A DNA stretch of 32,000 nucleotides from Candidatus Saccharimonadota bacterium. GTDB lineage: Bacteria; Bacillota_I; Bacilli_A; Mycoplasmatales; Hepatoplasmataceae. The notes below the pieces were generated by a model. That model was given only the letters and a program-made list of their open reading frames with translations, had not been told where the DNA came from and ran no database searches. The stretch is from contig AP027133.1 in the NCBI GenBank assembly GCA_027925325.1, positions 330,001 to 362,000 on the forward strand, written 5' to 3'. The position numbers and the translations under genes are program-made. Below are positions 21,724 to 31,997 of this stretch, piece by piece (position 1 is the stretch's first letter; each line of letters starts with the position of its first letter).

Positions 21724-21990
21724 TTATACCCTTTTTGAATAATTAGGAGAATCATCTTTTTCTAAATTTGATTTTCAATGCAGCGGTTGCAAATTATCAA
21801 TTTCATCACTCCCGTTGCGAGCGATAGGGATAACATGATCGATATTTCAACCATATTTACTTTTTTTGTTATATTCATCTAATTTAATAGTTCTATTAAA
21901 TTGATCTTTGCAAATTTTTTTGCCACAACAATTAGGATCGCTATTTCATATCTCCAATCTGTCATTGATTGTAAAAATTCTTCTTTTCAT
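21724..21990 (-). CDS. Small stand-alone HNH-motif nuclease-like protein (88 aa)
   Basis: Hand translation is MKRRIFTINDRLEIWNSDPNCCGKKICKDQFNRTIKLDEYNKKSKYGWNIDHVIPIARNGSDEIDNLQPLHWKSNLEKDDSPNYSKRV. The WNIDHVIP...NG....DNLQPLHW..N pattern matches the HNH core. Three TGA codons kept it out of the ORF track. Confidence 0.7.
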
Positions 21991-22036
21991 TTTAATTTAA
22001 TTAGTTAGTTATCTAATAAAGTTATTTTATCAAAAA

Positions 22037-22804
22037 TTAAATATCTGTTGAAATAATCTCCTTACTTCCTTTATTTCACATAAAAAGACCATATAAAGCA
22101 TTAAAGAAATAACTAATTGCAAGAATTAAAGAAATAATTAAAGTTGTTTTGTCAGATCCCTCTTGCTTATCAAAGGCGAATAAAATTAATGAAAACATTA
22201 TTATTTTGACAATATTTAAAAGGGTGTATAAAAAAAATGTTTCACGATATCTTAACATTGAAAAAATAAAAGCAACTAGCGAAATTGAAGCACTAAATGC
22301 ATCAAGTGCTATTTGATAAGTTGGTACTTCATCTTCACCGATTAAATCAATTACAACATAAGCTGAAAATGCCGCAAATCCTACTGTAAGAATAGTAATT
22401 AAAGTGACAATAAAAATTCCTTGTCAAAAATTTAATTTTCTTGTTTTAATTAAATTTTGTTCTGTAAATCCCTCTTTTTTTCAATTAATTCCAGCAAAAA
22501 TTAAGATAATTGGTAGAAAAATAACATTTACTGTTGCAAGAGCATAACTACCGGTTGCAAACATTACAGATCCATAAAAAACGGCATCGATAATTAAAAG
22601 AATTCACGCATAACGATATCTTTTAGATAATGCAATAGCAGCAATTATACCGATAAAAATATCAACATAAATTAAATAAGTATCTCAATTATTTGTATCG
22701 ATATTTGCAAAAATAAAATAACTTGAAGTAACTATTGCAAAAAGAAACAAGATTATTTCAATTCAATTTATCTTAATTTTCTTTAATTTATTATTTTTAT
22801 CCAT
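22037..22804 (-). CDS. pnuC: PnuC-like (nicotinamide riboside transporter family) membrane protein, 255 aa
   Basis: ATG at 22804 (MDKNNKLKKIKINWIEIILFLF...). Two internal repeats each end in G-x-x-W (...FLPIILIFAGINWKKE and ...YFFNALYGLFMWNKG). Each has an upstream W/Y-rich helix pair, as in PnuC. Fragments join through TGA codons, with TAA at 22037. Confidence 0.55.
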
Positions 22805-22839
22805 TAAATTAACTTTCCTTTCCTTTTTGAATTAAAAAA

Positions 22840-23484
22840 TTATAATAGTTCATATTTATCTAAATCATCATTATTTTGATAAATGGGCTTTGATGTAATT
22901 AAATTTTCTCTTGATAATCTTTTAAAAACCTTTTTTTCAATAAAACTTAAAATCTTATTCATAAATTTTTCCGGTTCCAAAAGAGGAGAGACTAAGATAG
23001 AATTTATTCTCAAAATATTAGCAATAAAAATATCTGTAATAAGCATATCACCGATAATTACAATTTCTGAATTTTTATACTTCCCTTTAAACTTATCTTC
23101 TAAATATCTTTTTGTTTTTTTGGGAAAAGGTTTCCTTGCATTTGCAATATAATCTTCTTTTACACCTAATTTTTCCGCAAAAAATTTAACTCTTTTTTCG
23201 GTATTATTTGAGATAATAACAAATTCAAATTTCATTTTTTTGACATTTTTTAAAAACTTAAATGAAGAATTTGTTGGAAATTTACGAAAATGAGGAACTA
23301 AGGTATTATCAAGATCACAGATAATTAATTTGACCCCTTGATTCTGTAATTCTTTAAGATCGATATCTAAAACTGAATTAACATAAGTTGACGGCTTAAA
23401 ATAATCAATAAAAAAACTTAAAAGAAAAGAAGAATTCTTTTTTTTAAGTTTATCATCATTTTGGTTATTTTTTGTTGTTTTCAA
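22840..23484 (-). CDS. YqeG-family HAD-IIIA phosphatase (214 aa)
   Basis: The HAD motif I is LIICDLDNTLV. Later motifs are ISNN and IIGDMLITDI. The start is TTG at 23484, since no in-frame ATG lies near the N-terminus. Confidence 0.7.
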   Translation of the reverse strand: MKTTKNNQNDDKLKKKNSSFLLSFFIDYFKPSTYVNSVLDIDLKELQNQGVKLIICDLDNTLVPHFRKFPTNSSFKFLKNVKKMKFEFVIISNNTEKRVKFFAEKLGVKEDYIANARKPFPKKTKRYLEDKFKGKYKNSEIVIIGDMLITDIFIANILRINSILVSPLLEPEKFMNKILSFIEKKVFKRLSRENLITSKPIYQNNDDLDKYELL

Positions 23485-23515
23485 AATAATAAATATTAAT
23501 AGTAGTATATAAAAA

Positions 23516-23674
23516 TTATTTTAATTTTGTTTTTTCTTTATGTAAAGTATATTGATTACACTTTTTGCAAAATTTTTTATATTCTTCTTTTTCAGGATGC
23601 TTTGTCTTATTTTTATCAATTAAATAATTTAAATTTTTACATTGAGAACATTGCAATAAAATTTTTGTACGCAT
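23516..23674 (-). CDS. rpmG: 50S ribosomal protein L33 (52 aa)
   Basis: Hand translation is MRTKILLQCSQCKNLNYLIDKNKTKHPEKEEYKKFCKKCNQYTLHKEKTKLK, with the CxxC...CxxC L33 pattern. An SD-like GGAG lies upstream of the ATG at 23674. Confidence 0.85.
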   Translation of the reverse strand: MRTKILLQCSQCKNLNYLIDKNKTKHPEKEEYKKFCKKCNQYTLHKEKTKLK

Positions 23675-23691
23675 AATAAAAATCTCCTATC

Positions 23692-24297
23692 CTAACGATT
23701 ATAAAACTCAACAACAAGTGATTCATTTAGCTGTCCTGAAATCTCATTTCGCTTTGGAAGACGCAAGTATTCACCGACTAAACTTTTTTGATCGACTTTG
23801 ACAAAAGGAGCGACTCTTGCGATCACTAAATTATTTTTAATAAAATCTAATTTTTTACTTTTTTCTTTTAATTCAATCTTACTTCCTGGTTTTACGATAA
23901 AAGAAGGAATGTCAACTTTATGATCATCAACACGGACATGACCATGATTAACAAACTGTCTTGCTTGTCTTCTTGTTGATGCAAATCCCATACGATAAAT
24001 TAAATTATCTAAACGAGATTCAAGTAAAAATAAGAAATTTTCACCCAATACACCCTTCATTTTTGTTGCTTTTTTAAAAGTTCTTTGCATTTGTTTTTCA
24101 CTCAAACCATACATATAACGAACTTTTTGTTTTTCGTAAAGGTGTTCTCCATAATTTGATAATTTTTGATTTCTATTACCGTGTTGTCCGGGGATTGAAA
24201 TTTTTTTCTTTCCCTTTAAATATTCTTTATTATTTTCAAGAATTGAATATTTATATCTACGTGCTTTTTTATTATTTGGTCCTGTATATCTTGACAT
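23692..24297 (-). CDS. rpsD: 30S ribosomal protein S4
   Basis: An intact 201-aa ORF: MSRYTGPNNKKARRYKYSILENNKEY...LESRLDNLIYRMGFASTRRQARQFVNHGHVRVDDHKVDIPSF (S4 domain). Confidence 0.95.
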   Translation of the reverse strand: MSRYTGPNNKKARRYKYSILENNKEYLKGKKKISIPGQHGNRNQKLSNYGEHLYEKQKVRYMYGLSEKQMQRTFKKATKMKGVLGENFLFLLESRLDNLIYRMGFASTRRQARQFVNHGHVRVDDHKVDIPSFIVKPGSKIELKEKSKKLDFIKNNLVIARVAPFVKVDQKSLVGEYLRLPKRNEISGQLNESLVVEFYNR

Positions 24298-24484
24298 TAA
24301 AATAAAATTTCTTTCTTTATTATTAATTTTCTATGAGGATACAATCAATTTAAAATAAAAAATAAAAACATTTCTTTTGATCTTAAAAAATATTAATACT
24401 TTCAAATTACAGCTTATCTACTCGTAAAACTTAAGTTATTTTTTAGCTAAAATCAAAATAATGAATGCTGATTGTAACTATTTA

Positions 24485-24493
24485 ATTATATCA
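24485..24493 (-). promoter_or_regulatory. Candidate extended -10 promoter element (TGATATAAT) for rpsD
   Basis: The minus strand reads TGATATAAT at 24493..24485, matching the extended -10 consensus TGnTATAAT. If used, it would give an rpsD leader of about 180 nt. No clear -35 element is present. Confidence 0.35.
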
Positions 24494-24515
24494 TGAATAA
24501 AAGTGATATTAACTA

Positions 24516-24543
24516 TTGTTAATATTAAAAAAAATGATAAAAT
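24516..24543 (+). promoter_or_regulatory. Candidate sigma-70-type promoter for infC-rpmI-rplT
   Basis: TTGTTA (24516-24521) is followed by a 16-nt spacer containing TG at 24535-24536. TAAAAT then follows at 24538-24543, forming an extended -10 TGATAAAAT. Confidence 0.4.
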
Positions 24544-24685
24544 TATATTGTTTCAACAAAAGTAAAGAAAAAATCTTTCACCTAAAAAGAATAGGTATGA
24601 ATAATAAAATTACTATTTTTCAATTTAGGTTATCAAAAAAATTAAAAATATTTCAATTATATTTGATTTATTGGGAGGTTCTAAA

Positions 24686-25270
24686 ATAGCAATTAGAATT
24701 AAAAAGAAATATCAAGGGCGTCAACGTGACAGTCACCAAGATTTTGTAAACGAAAGAATTCCATATGGTTTTAAAAAAATTTTAGTAATTGGTCCTAACG
24801 GCGAAAAAATTGGTATTTTAAGTAGACAAGAAGCTTTAAATAAAGCTGAACAAGAGGAACTTGATCTTGTAATTATTTCAAAAAATGCAACTGTTCCTGT
24901 TGCAAAAATTATTAATTATGGAAAATTTCGTTATGAACGTAAAAAACGTGAACAAGAAAATAAACGAAATTCAAAAACGGTTGAGCAAAAAGAAATTAGA
25001 ATAAGTGCAAATATTGGAATTAATGACTTACTAGTAAAAATAAAATTTGCTCGTAAATTTATTGAAAAAGGAAACAATTTAAAAATTTCTTTGGCTTTTA
25101 AGGGTAGACAGATTATAAATAAGGAAGTTGGTTTTAATAAAATGAAGCAATTTATCGATGAATTATCTGATGTCGCTCAAGTTGATAAAAAACCACAATT
25201 AAATGGAAGATTTTATGATGCTTATTTATCACCTATCAAAAAAATAAATAAGGAGAAGAATAATGCCTAA
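24686..25270 (+). CDS. infC: Translation initiation factor IF-3, probably starting at a non-canonical ATA (or ATT at 24692)
   Basis: The track ORF starts at TTG 24671, but that TTG is part of the SD-like TTGGGAGG. GGGAGG (24673-24678) is followed 7 nt later by an in-frame ATA at 24686. IF-3 domains are clear ([34 protein letters not shown]; [14 protein letters not shown]). The stop overlaps the rpmI ATG. Confidence 0.85.
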   Translation: MAIRIKKKYQGRQRDSHQDFVNERIPYGFKKILVIGPNGEKIGILSRQEALNKAEQEELDLVIISKNATVPVAKIINYGKFRYERKKREQENKRNSKTVEQKEIRISANIGINDLLVKIKFARKFIEKGNNLKISLAFKGRQIINKEVGFNKMKQFIDELSDVAQVDKKPQLNGRFYDAYLSPIKKINKEKNNA

Positions 25271-25451
25271 GCAGAAATCCAAAAGTTCTCTTAATAAAAG
25301 AGTAAAAGTAAGAAAATCAGGTCAAATTAAAAGAGGAAAAGCTAAAACATCTCATCTTTTTGCAAATAAGACAACAAAAAATAAACGACAATCTCGCAAG
25401 GGTGCTAATGTCTCTAATGCTGATAAAAAAAGATATAAAGATCTAATATAA
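25263..25451 (+). CDS. rpmI: 50S ribosomal protein L35
   Basis: An intact 62-aa basic ORF ([43 protein letters not shown]). An AAGGAG SD is present. It sits between infC and rplT. Confidence 0.9.
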   Translation: MPKQKSKSSLNKRVKVRKSGQIKRGKAKTSHLFANKTTKNKRQSRKGANVSNADKKRYKDLI

Positions 25452-25467
25452 AGAGAAGGATAAAGAT

Positions 25468-25833
25468 ATGACAAGAGCAAAATCAGCTGTTACTAAGCAT
25501 AGAAGACATCGCAAGACAATTAAGCAGGCGAAAGGTTATTATGGTCATAAAAGTATTGGTTATAAATCTGCAAAAGAACAGATTCGTAAATCAAATGAAT
25601 ATGCGTTTCGTGATCGTAAGCAGGTAAAAAGAGAATTTCGTAAGATTTGAATTAAAAGAATCAATGCTGCTGCAAGATTAAATGGTTTATCTTATTCTCA
25701 ACTTATAAATGGATTAAAAAAAGCACAGATTGAACTTGATCGAAAAATGCTTGCCGATATCGCTTTAAATAATCCAAAAGAATTTACATCACTTGCAAAT
25801 ATCGCAAAAACTGAATTAGCAAAAAAAGCATAA
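25468..25833 (+). CDS. rplT: 50S ribosomal protein L20 (121 aa)
   Basis: [29 protein letters not shown]... continues through the TGA at 25648 as [38 protein letters not shown]... The stop is TAA at 25831-25833. Confidence 0.9.
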
Positions 25834-25866
25834 AAAAATAATTTTATATTACAATTATTTAAATCT

Positions 25867-26526
25867 ATGGCTAAAATAATTAATAAAGACCGATTTGTAT
25901 ATCGAATAATAATGGCAATTTTATTTACAATCGGTTTTTTATTTTGAACAATAATTCTTTTTCTTCCTGATGATATTTTAAATATCGGAATGAATAATAC
26001 TTATTATGCTTGATTTAGTTTAAATACGGTTTTTTTAATTGAGCGTTGATTTTTAATCATTCCAAATGAAAGAAATTTTAAAAGTAATGAGGCTCCTTAC
26101 ATTGAAAAGAAAAAGAAAAAAGAAATAATTCAGATTGAATTACCAATTGCAATCATTTCAACAATTTTAGTTCTTTTTTGATTTCTAATTCAGTTATCAC
26201 AGAGCTTTGATAACTCCTGAATTTTTGCAAAGGGTGATATTAATTGTTGACCAAGTCTAACCTTTTCAACAATTATTCTTTATAAAAGATGATCAATTAT
26301 CACCGATTATAGTACAAATCCTAATCATGTAAGAAGAATAAGATTTGTCGTTAATTTATTATTATCGATTGCTTTTCTTTTCTGAACAGCACAACTAATC
26401 GCATACCAATTATCAGATTATGATAAATTAGCAGCGGGATTTTATCCCTGAACACTTACAACCGGAATCGTAAATGTCTCTGAAAATATCGGTGTGTATT
26501 GAATTGATTATAAAAAAGAAAAATAA
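25867..26526 (+). CDS. Hypothetical polytopic membrane protein (219 aa)
   Basis: ATG at 25867 (MAKIINKDRFVYRIIMAILFTIGFLFW...). It has several hydrophobic segments and contains nine in-frame TGA (Trp) codons, which makes it invisible to the standard-code ORF track. The stop is TAA at 26524-26526. I recognise no family. Confidence 0.55.
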
Positions 26527-26530
26527 AAAA

Positions 26531-26558
26531 AGCAATAGCTTTATTTTTCGCTATCGCT
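26531..26558. terminator. Weak hairpin between convergent genes
   Basis: AGCAATAGC (26531-26539) pairs with GCTATCGCT (26550-26558) at 8 of 9 positions around a 10-nt T-rich loop. A/T runs flank it. It overlaps the 3' end of the small minus-strand ORF. Confidence 0.3.
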
Positions 26559-26723
26559 TATATTTAAATTATTTATTTCTGCTTCAATTTTCTTTTCAAT
26601 ATCGCTCAATTTAATATCATTTCTTCAATCAAAAGGAACCTCTTTTGTTTCATCGAGCGCCAATAACTCAAGAATCTCTCTTTTTCTTTTTTTACTATAA
26701 AAAATATTTTTAAAAGACAACAT
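26541..26723 (-). CDS. Hypothetical small protein (60 aa) downstream of the dnaJ-like gene
   Basis: Hand translation is MLSFKNIFYSKKRKREILELLALDETKEVPFDWRNDIKLSDIEKKIEAEINNLNISDSEK, with one TGA. It is an open frame only, with no recognisable motif. Confidence 0.3.
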
Positions 26724-26773
26724 TTAACTACCTTTAATTTAAATTTTAAATTAATAGAAAAATTATAACATAT

Positions 26774-27658
26774 TTAATATTTTGTTTCTTTTTGTAAATT
26801 GTCGATATATTTACGACCATTTCGCGTAATCTTTTTGGGCATCTTTAAATTAATTTGAATATAAAGATCTCCTCTTCCTTTTCCTCTAAGATTTGTAAAT
26901 CCTTTATTTTTAAGTCTGATTAATGCCTTTGGATTTGCAAATTCGGGAATTGAAAAAACTATTTTCTCCTTATCAATACCATCAATTTGATAACTTTTTT
27001 TTGCTAATAAATCAAGATAATTAACATTTAAAGTGTAAAATAAATCATTATTCTTTCGAACAAAATCGGTTTTATTGATAATATAAAATTTAAGTAATAA
27101 GTCGCCATTTGGTCCACCGTTTAGACCTTGTTTTCCTTCATTTGCAAGTCTTAACGTTGTTTCATCATTTATTCCGGCTGGAATATCAATTTCTTTGATC
27201 TGTCCATTCCGTAATCTCAATTTGATCTTCTTGCCTTTAAAAGCATCTTTTATATCGATTGAGATCTGTTGAACTATACTCGCTCCTTTTTGTCTAATAT
27301 TTGTAAATCCTGAAAAGCCACTAAAACCACCAAAGGGATTACCACCAAAAAATTCATCAAAAATTGAATTTAAATCATCAGGATTAAAATTAGCACCAGA
27401 GAAGCCAGGTCGACCAGATTGATTATTATTTATTCCGTCATGACCATAATTATCATAGATTGATCTCTTATTTTGATCTAATAAAACTTCTTTTGCTTCA
27501 TTTATCTCTCTAAATTTTCGCTCTGCTTCCTTTTTATTAGAAAGATTGCGATCAGGATGATATTGCATCGCTAACTTTCGATAAGCCTTTTTAATTTCAT
27601 CCTCTGATGCATTTTTTTTAACACCTAAAATCTCATAATAATCTCTTTTTGCTGCCAT
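26774..27658 (-). CDS. dnaJ: J-domain co-chaperone, class II (CbpA-like) DnaJ lacking the zinc-finger domain (294 aa)
   Basis: The J-domain is [33 protein letters not shown] (HPD present). A G/F-rich region follows ([15 protein letters not shown]), then two C-terminal beta domains. The whole protein contains no cysteine and no CxxCxGxG repeats. Confidence 0.85.
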   Translation of the reverse strand: MAAKRDYYEILGVKKNASEDEIKKAYRKLAMQYHPDRNLSNKKEAERKFREINEAKEVLLDQNKRSIYDNYGHDGINNNQSGRPGFSGANFNPDDLNSIFDEFFGGNPFGGFSGFSGFTNIRQKGASIVQQISIDIKDAFKGKKIKLRLRNGQIKEIDIPAGINDETTLRLANEGKQGLNGGPNGDLLLKFYIINKTDFVRKNNDLFYTLNVNYLDLLAKKSYQIDGIDKEKIVFSIPEFANPKALIRLKNKGFTNLRGKGRGDLYIQINLKMPKKITRNGRKYIDNLQKETKY

Positions 27659-27661
27659 AAT

Positions 27662-28357
27662 TTATTTAATTAAAAATTTTTCCTTAATATTAATACGAAT
27701 TTGCTCTTTTCCAATCGTTGGATGATTAGTATTATCAATATATCCCATTAAAAGACAGACAGCAACTGATTCATGTTTTGAAATTAAATTTTCCTTTATT
27801 AACAATTCTGTTAATTTTTTCTTAAATCCTTCCATCGGTGTTGAATTTATATTCTTAAAAGTTGCCGCAACCAAGGCATAACCTAAAGCAATATAAGCCT
27901 GTCTCTTTGATCATTCTGTAATATTATCAACCAAAACATTTAAATTTTTTCCGGTTCTTAATGATTCAATCTCTTCATTAACTTTAGCCATAATTTCAGC
28001 TTCGGTTGATTTTAAATTAAATTCTTTGATAAAAGCTTTGCTTTTAGCTTCTCCAATTTCTTTTAATTTTTGATAATTTTTTGGATCGGTAAATCACTCT
28101 CTATTTTTAGTAACAAAAATTAAAGCATCTGAACTATCGAGAAATTTTTGCTTATTACCTTCCATAAAACCATCAAGAAGTTTTTTTCTTAAATTGGAAT
28201 CTTTAATATCCAATACTCTTCAATGCTCAACTCCCATCGAAGTCGGTGCACTATTTATAAATTCAAAAATATAATTTAAGGTCTCTTGATCTATTTTTTG
28301 ATTTGAATTATAAGCCTTTGTCGCTTTGCGTTTTTTTAATTTTTCTAATAGTTCCAT
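27662..28357 (-). CDS. Nitroreductase-family (NAD(P)H-flavin oxidoreductase-like) protein, 231 aa
   Basis: ATG at 28357 (MELLEKLKKRKATKAYNSNQKIDQETLNYIFEFINSAPTSMGVEHWRVLDI...). The later segment WSKRQAYIALGYALVAATFKNINSTPMEGF is typical of the nitroreductase fold. Fragments join through four TGA codons, with TAA at 27662. Confidence 0.7.
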
Positions 28358-28387
28358 ATTTTTCCTTTGATAATAATTTTAAATGAA

Positions 28388-28411
28388 AAACTAAAATATT
28401 TATTTTAGTTT
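28388..28411 (-). terminator. AT-rich hairpin after dnaK, possibly a partial terminator or mRNA-processing/stability element
   Basis: A perfect 10-bp stem, AAACTAAAAT (28388-28397) with ATTTTAGTTT (28402-28411), closes a 4-nt loop. On the minus strand it is followed by TTCATTTAAAATT. Only one G:C pair is present, so the structure is weak. Confidence 0.3.
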
Positions 28412-28434
28412 AACATCTTTTAATTAATTTAGAT

Positions 28435-30917
<2,483 letters not shown>

Positions 30918-30919
30918 TT

Positions 30920-31930
30920 TTAATCTTTAATATTTTCATCTAGAATATTAATCATTGCTAGGATTTTTTTATAATCTTGATTCTTAGGACCGATTATTGT
31001 GATTTTTTTTAAACTATTATTATTTAATTTTAAAACTTTATTAATAACAGAAATATCTTTTAATTGATCAAAATCAAATGAAATTGTTAGATTCTTCTCC
31101 TTATTTTTTATCAATGTCTCAGAATGAGAATTCAAAAGATCTCAAATCGTTTTATTCTCAACCATCTTAAAAATTCTTTCTAATTTCTCTTTTTCTTTCA
31201 AAGTTGGAATATTAACAAGAGAATTTATTCCATAATATTTTTCATCACTTGGAAATAAACTTCTGATAAGATTTTCAATAAAAGCTTTAAATTCTTCTTC
31301 TACTAAATTTAATTTTTTAATTACAAGTGTCGATATTAAAGATGATTTTTCCTTTACCTCGCTAATTTTTGTACCGATAAGTCGTTGTGAGATTATTTTG
31401 AAGGAATTTTTAATATCTTTAAATTTAAAATTGTCAATATTTAATTCCTCATTATAAAGTTTTCCAGAAGAAGAAATCGCTACAATCATCGCTTTATCTT
31501 GATTTATTTTATAAAGTTTTAAATCCTCAACAAAATAATTTTGATCTTCTTCTTTTGCAATTAAAAAAGTATTCGTTGCCTTATTAATAATTTTTAAAGC
31601 ACCTTCAATCATTTCTTCAATATTAACAGATCGTTTAGAAAATATTTTATCAATCTTATTGCGAATCGTTGTAATTGAATAATTATCAACAGAAAAATTT
31701 TCAATGTAAAATTTATAACCTTTGTTTGTTGGAATTCTTCCTGCTGATTTATAAGCTTTTTCAATATAATTTTCTCTTTCCAATTTAACCATTTCATTGC
31801 GAATTGTCGCAGATGAAACACCTAAATTAGGATACTTATTAAAAATTAAATCGGATGAAATTGCATTTCCAGTATTTATATATTCATCAACTATCGATAA
31901 TAAAATTTGTAATTTTCGATCAATGATCAT
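30920..31930 (-). CDS. hrcA: Heat-inducible transcription repressor HrcA (336 aa)
   Basis: The start is taken at ATG 31930 (MIIDRKLQILLSIVDEYINTGNAISS..., a winged-helix N-terminus), preceded by AAGGAGGTGAAT. The track's upstream TTG start would translate the SD itself. ORFs 31142..31954 and 30920..31135 are in one frame, joined by a TGA. Confidence 0.9.
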
Positions 31931-31940
31931 ATTCACCTCC

Positions 31941-31967
31941 TTAGCAAACAACAACTTACTCTGCTAA
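31941..31967 (-). promoter_or_regulatory. CIRCE-like inverted repeat (HrcA operator) in the hrcA leader
   Basis: The minus strand reads TTAGCAGAG-N9-GTTTGCTAA. The CIRCE consensus is TTAGCACTC-N9-GAGTGCTAA. The outer TTAGCA/TGCTAA hexamers and the 9-nt spacer are exact. The element abuts the hrcA SD. Confidence 0.6.
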
Positions 31968-31968
31968 T

Positions 31969-31997
31969 ATGATAATAAATTAATTAGCAAAAGTCAA
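31969..31997 (-). promoter_or_regulatory. Candidate promoter of the hrcA-grpE-dnaK operon
   Basis: On the minus strand, TTGACT (31997..31992) is followed by a 17-nt spacer and TATCAT (31974..31969). This sits immediately upstream of the CIRCE-like element, the classic promoter-then-CIRCE arrangement. Confidence 0.4.

Noticed and set aside
24461-24565. A 34-codon ORF (MNADCNYLIISWIKVILTIVNIKKNDKIILFQQK) in the rpsD-infC spacer.
   Set aside because: It has no SD and spans both divergent promoter candidates. Its composition is typical of random AT-rich sequence, and nothing supports it beyond the open frame.
31931-31954. TTG start for hrcA (MLFAKEVNM...) as given in the ORF track.
   Set aside because: The extra eight codons are the CIRCE right arm plus the AAGGAGGTGAAT SD. 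The ATG at 31930 is correctly spaced from that SD.
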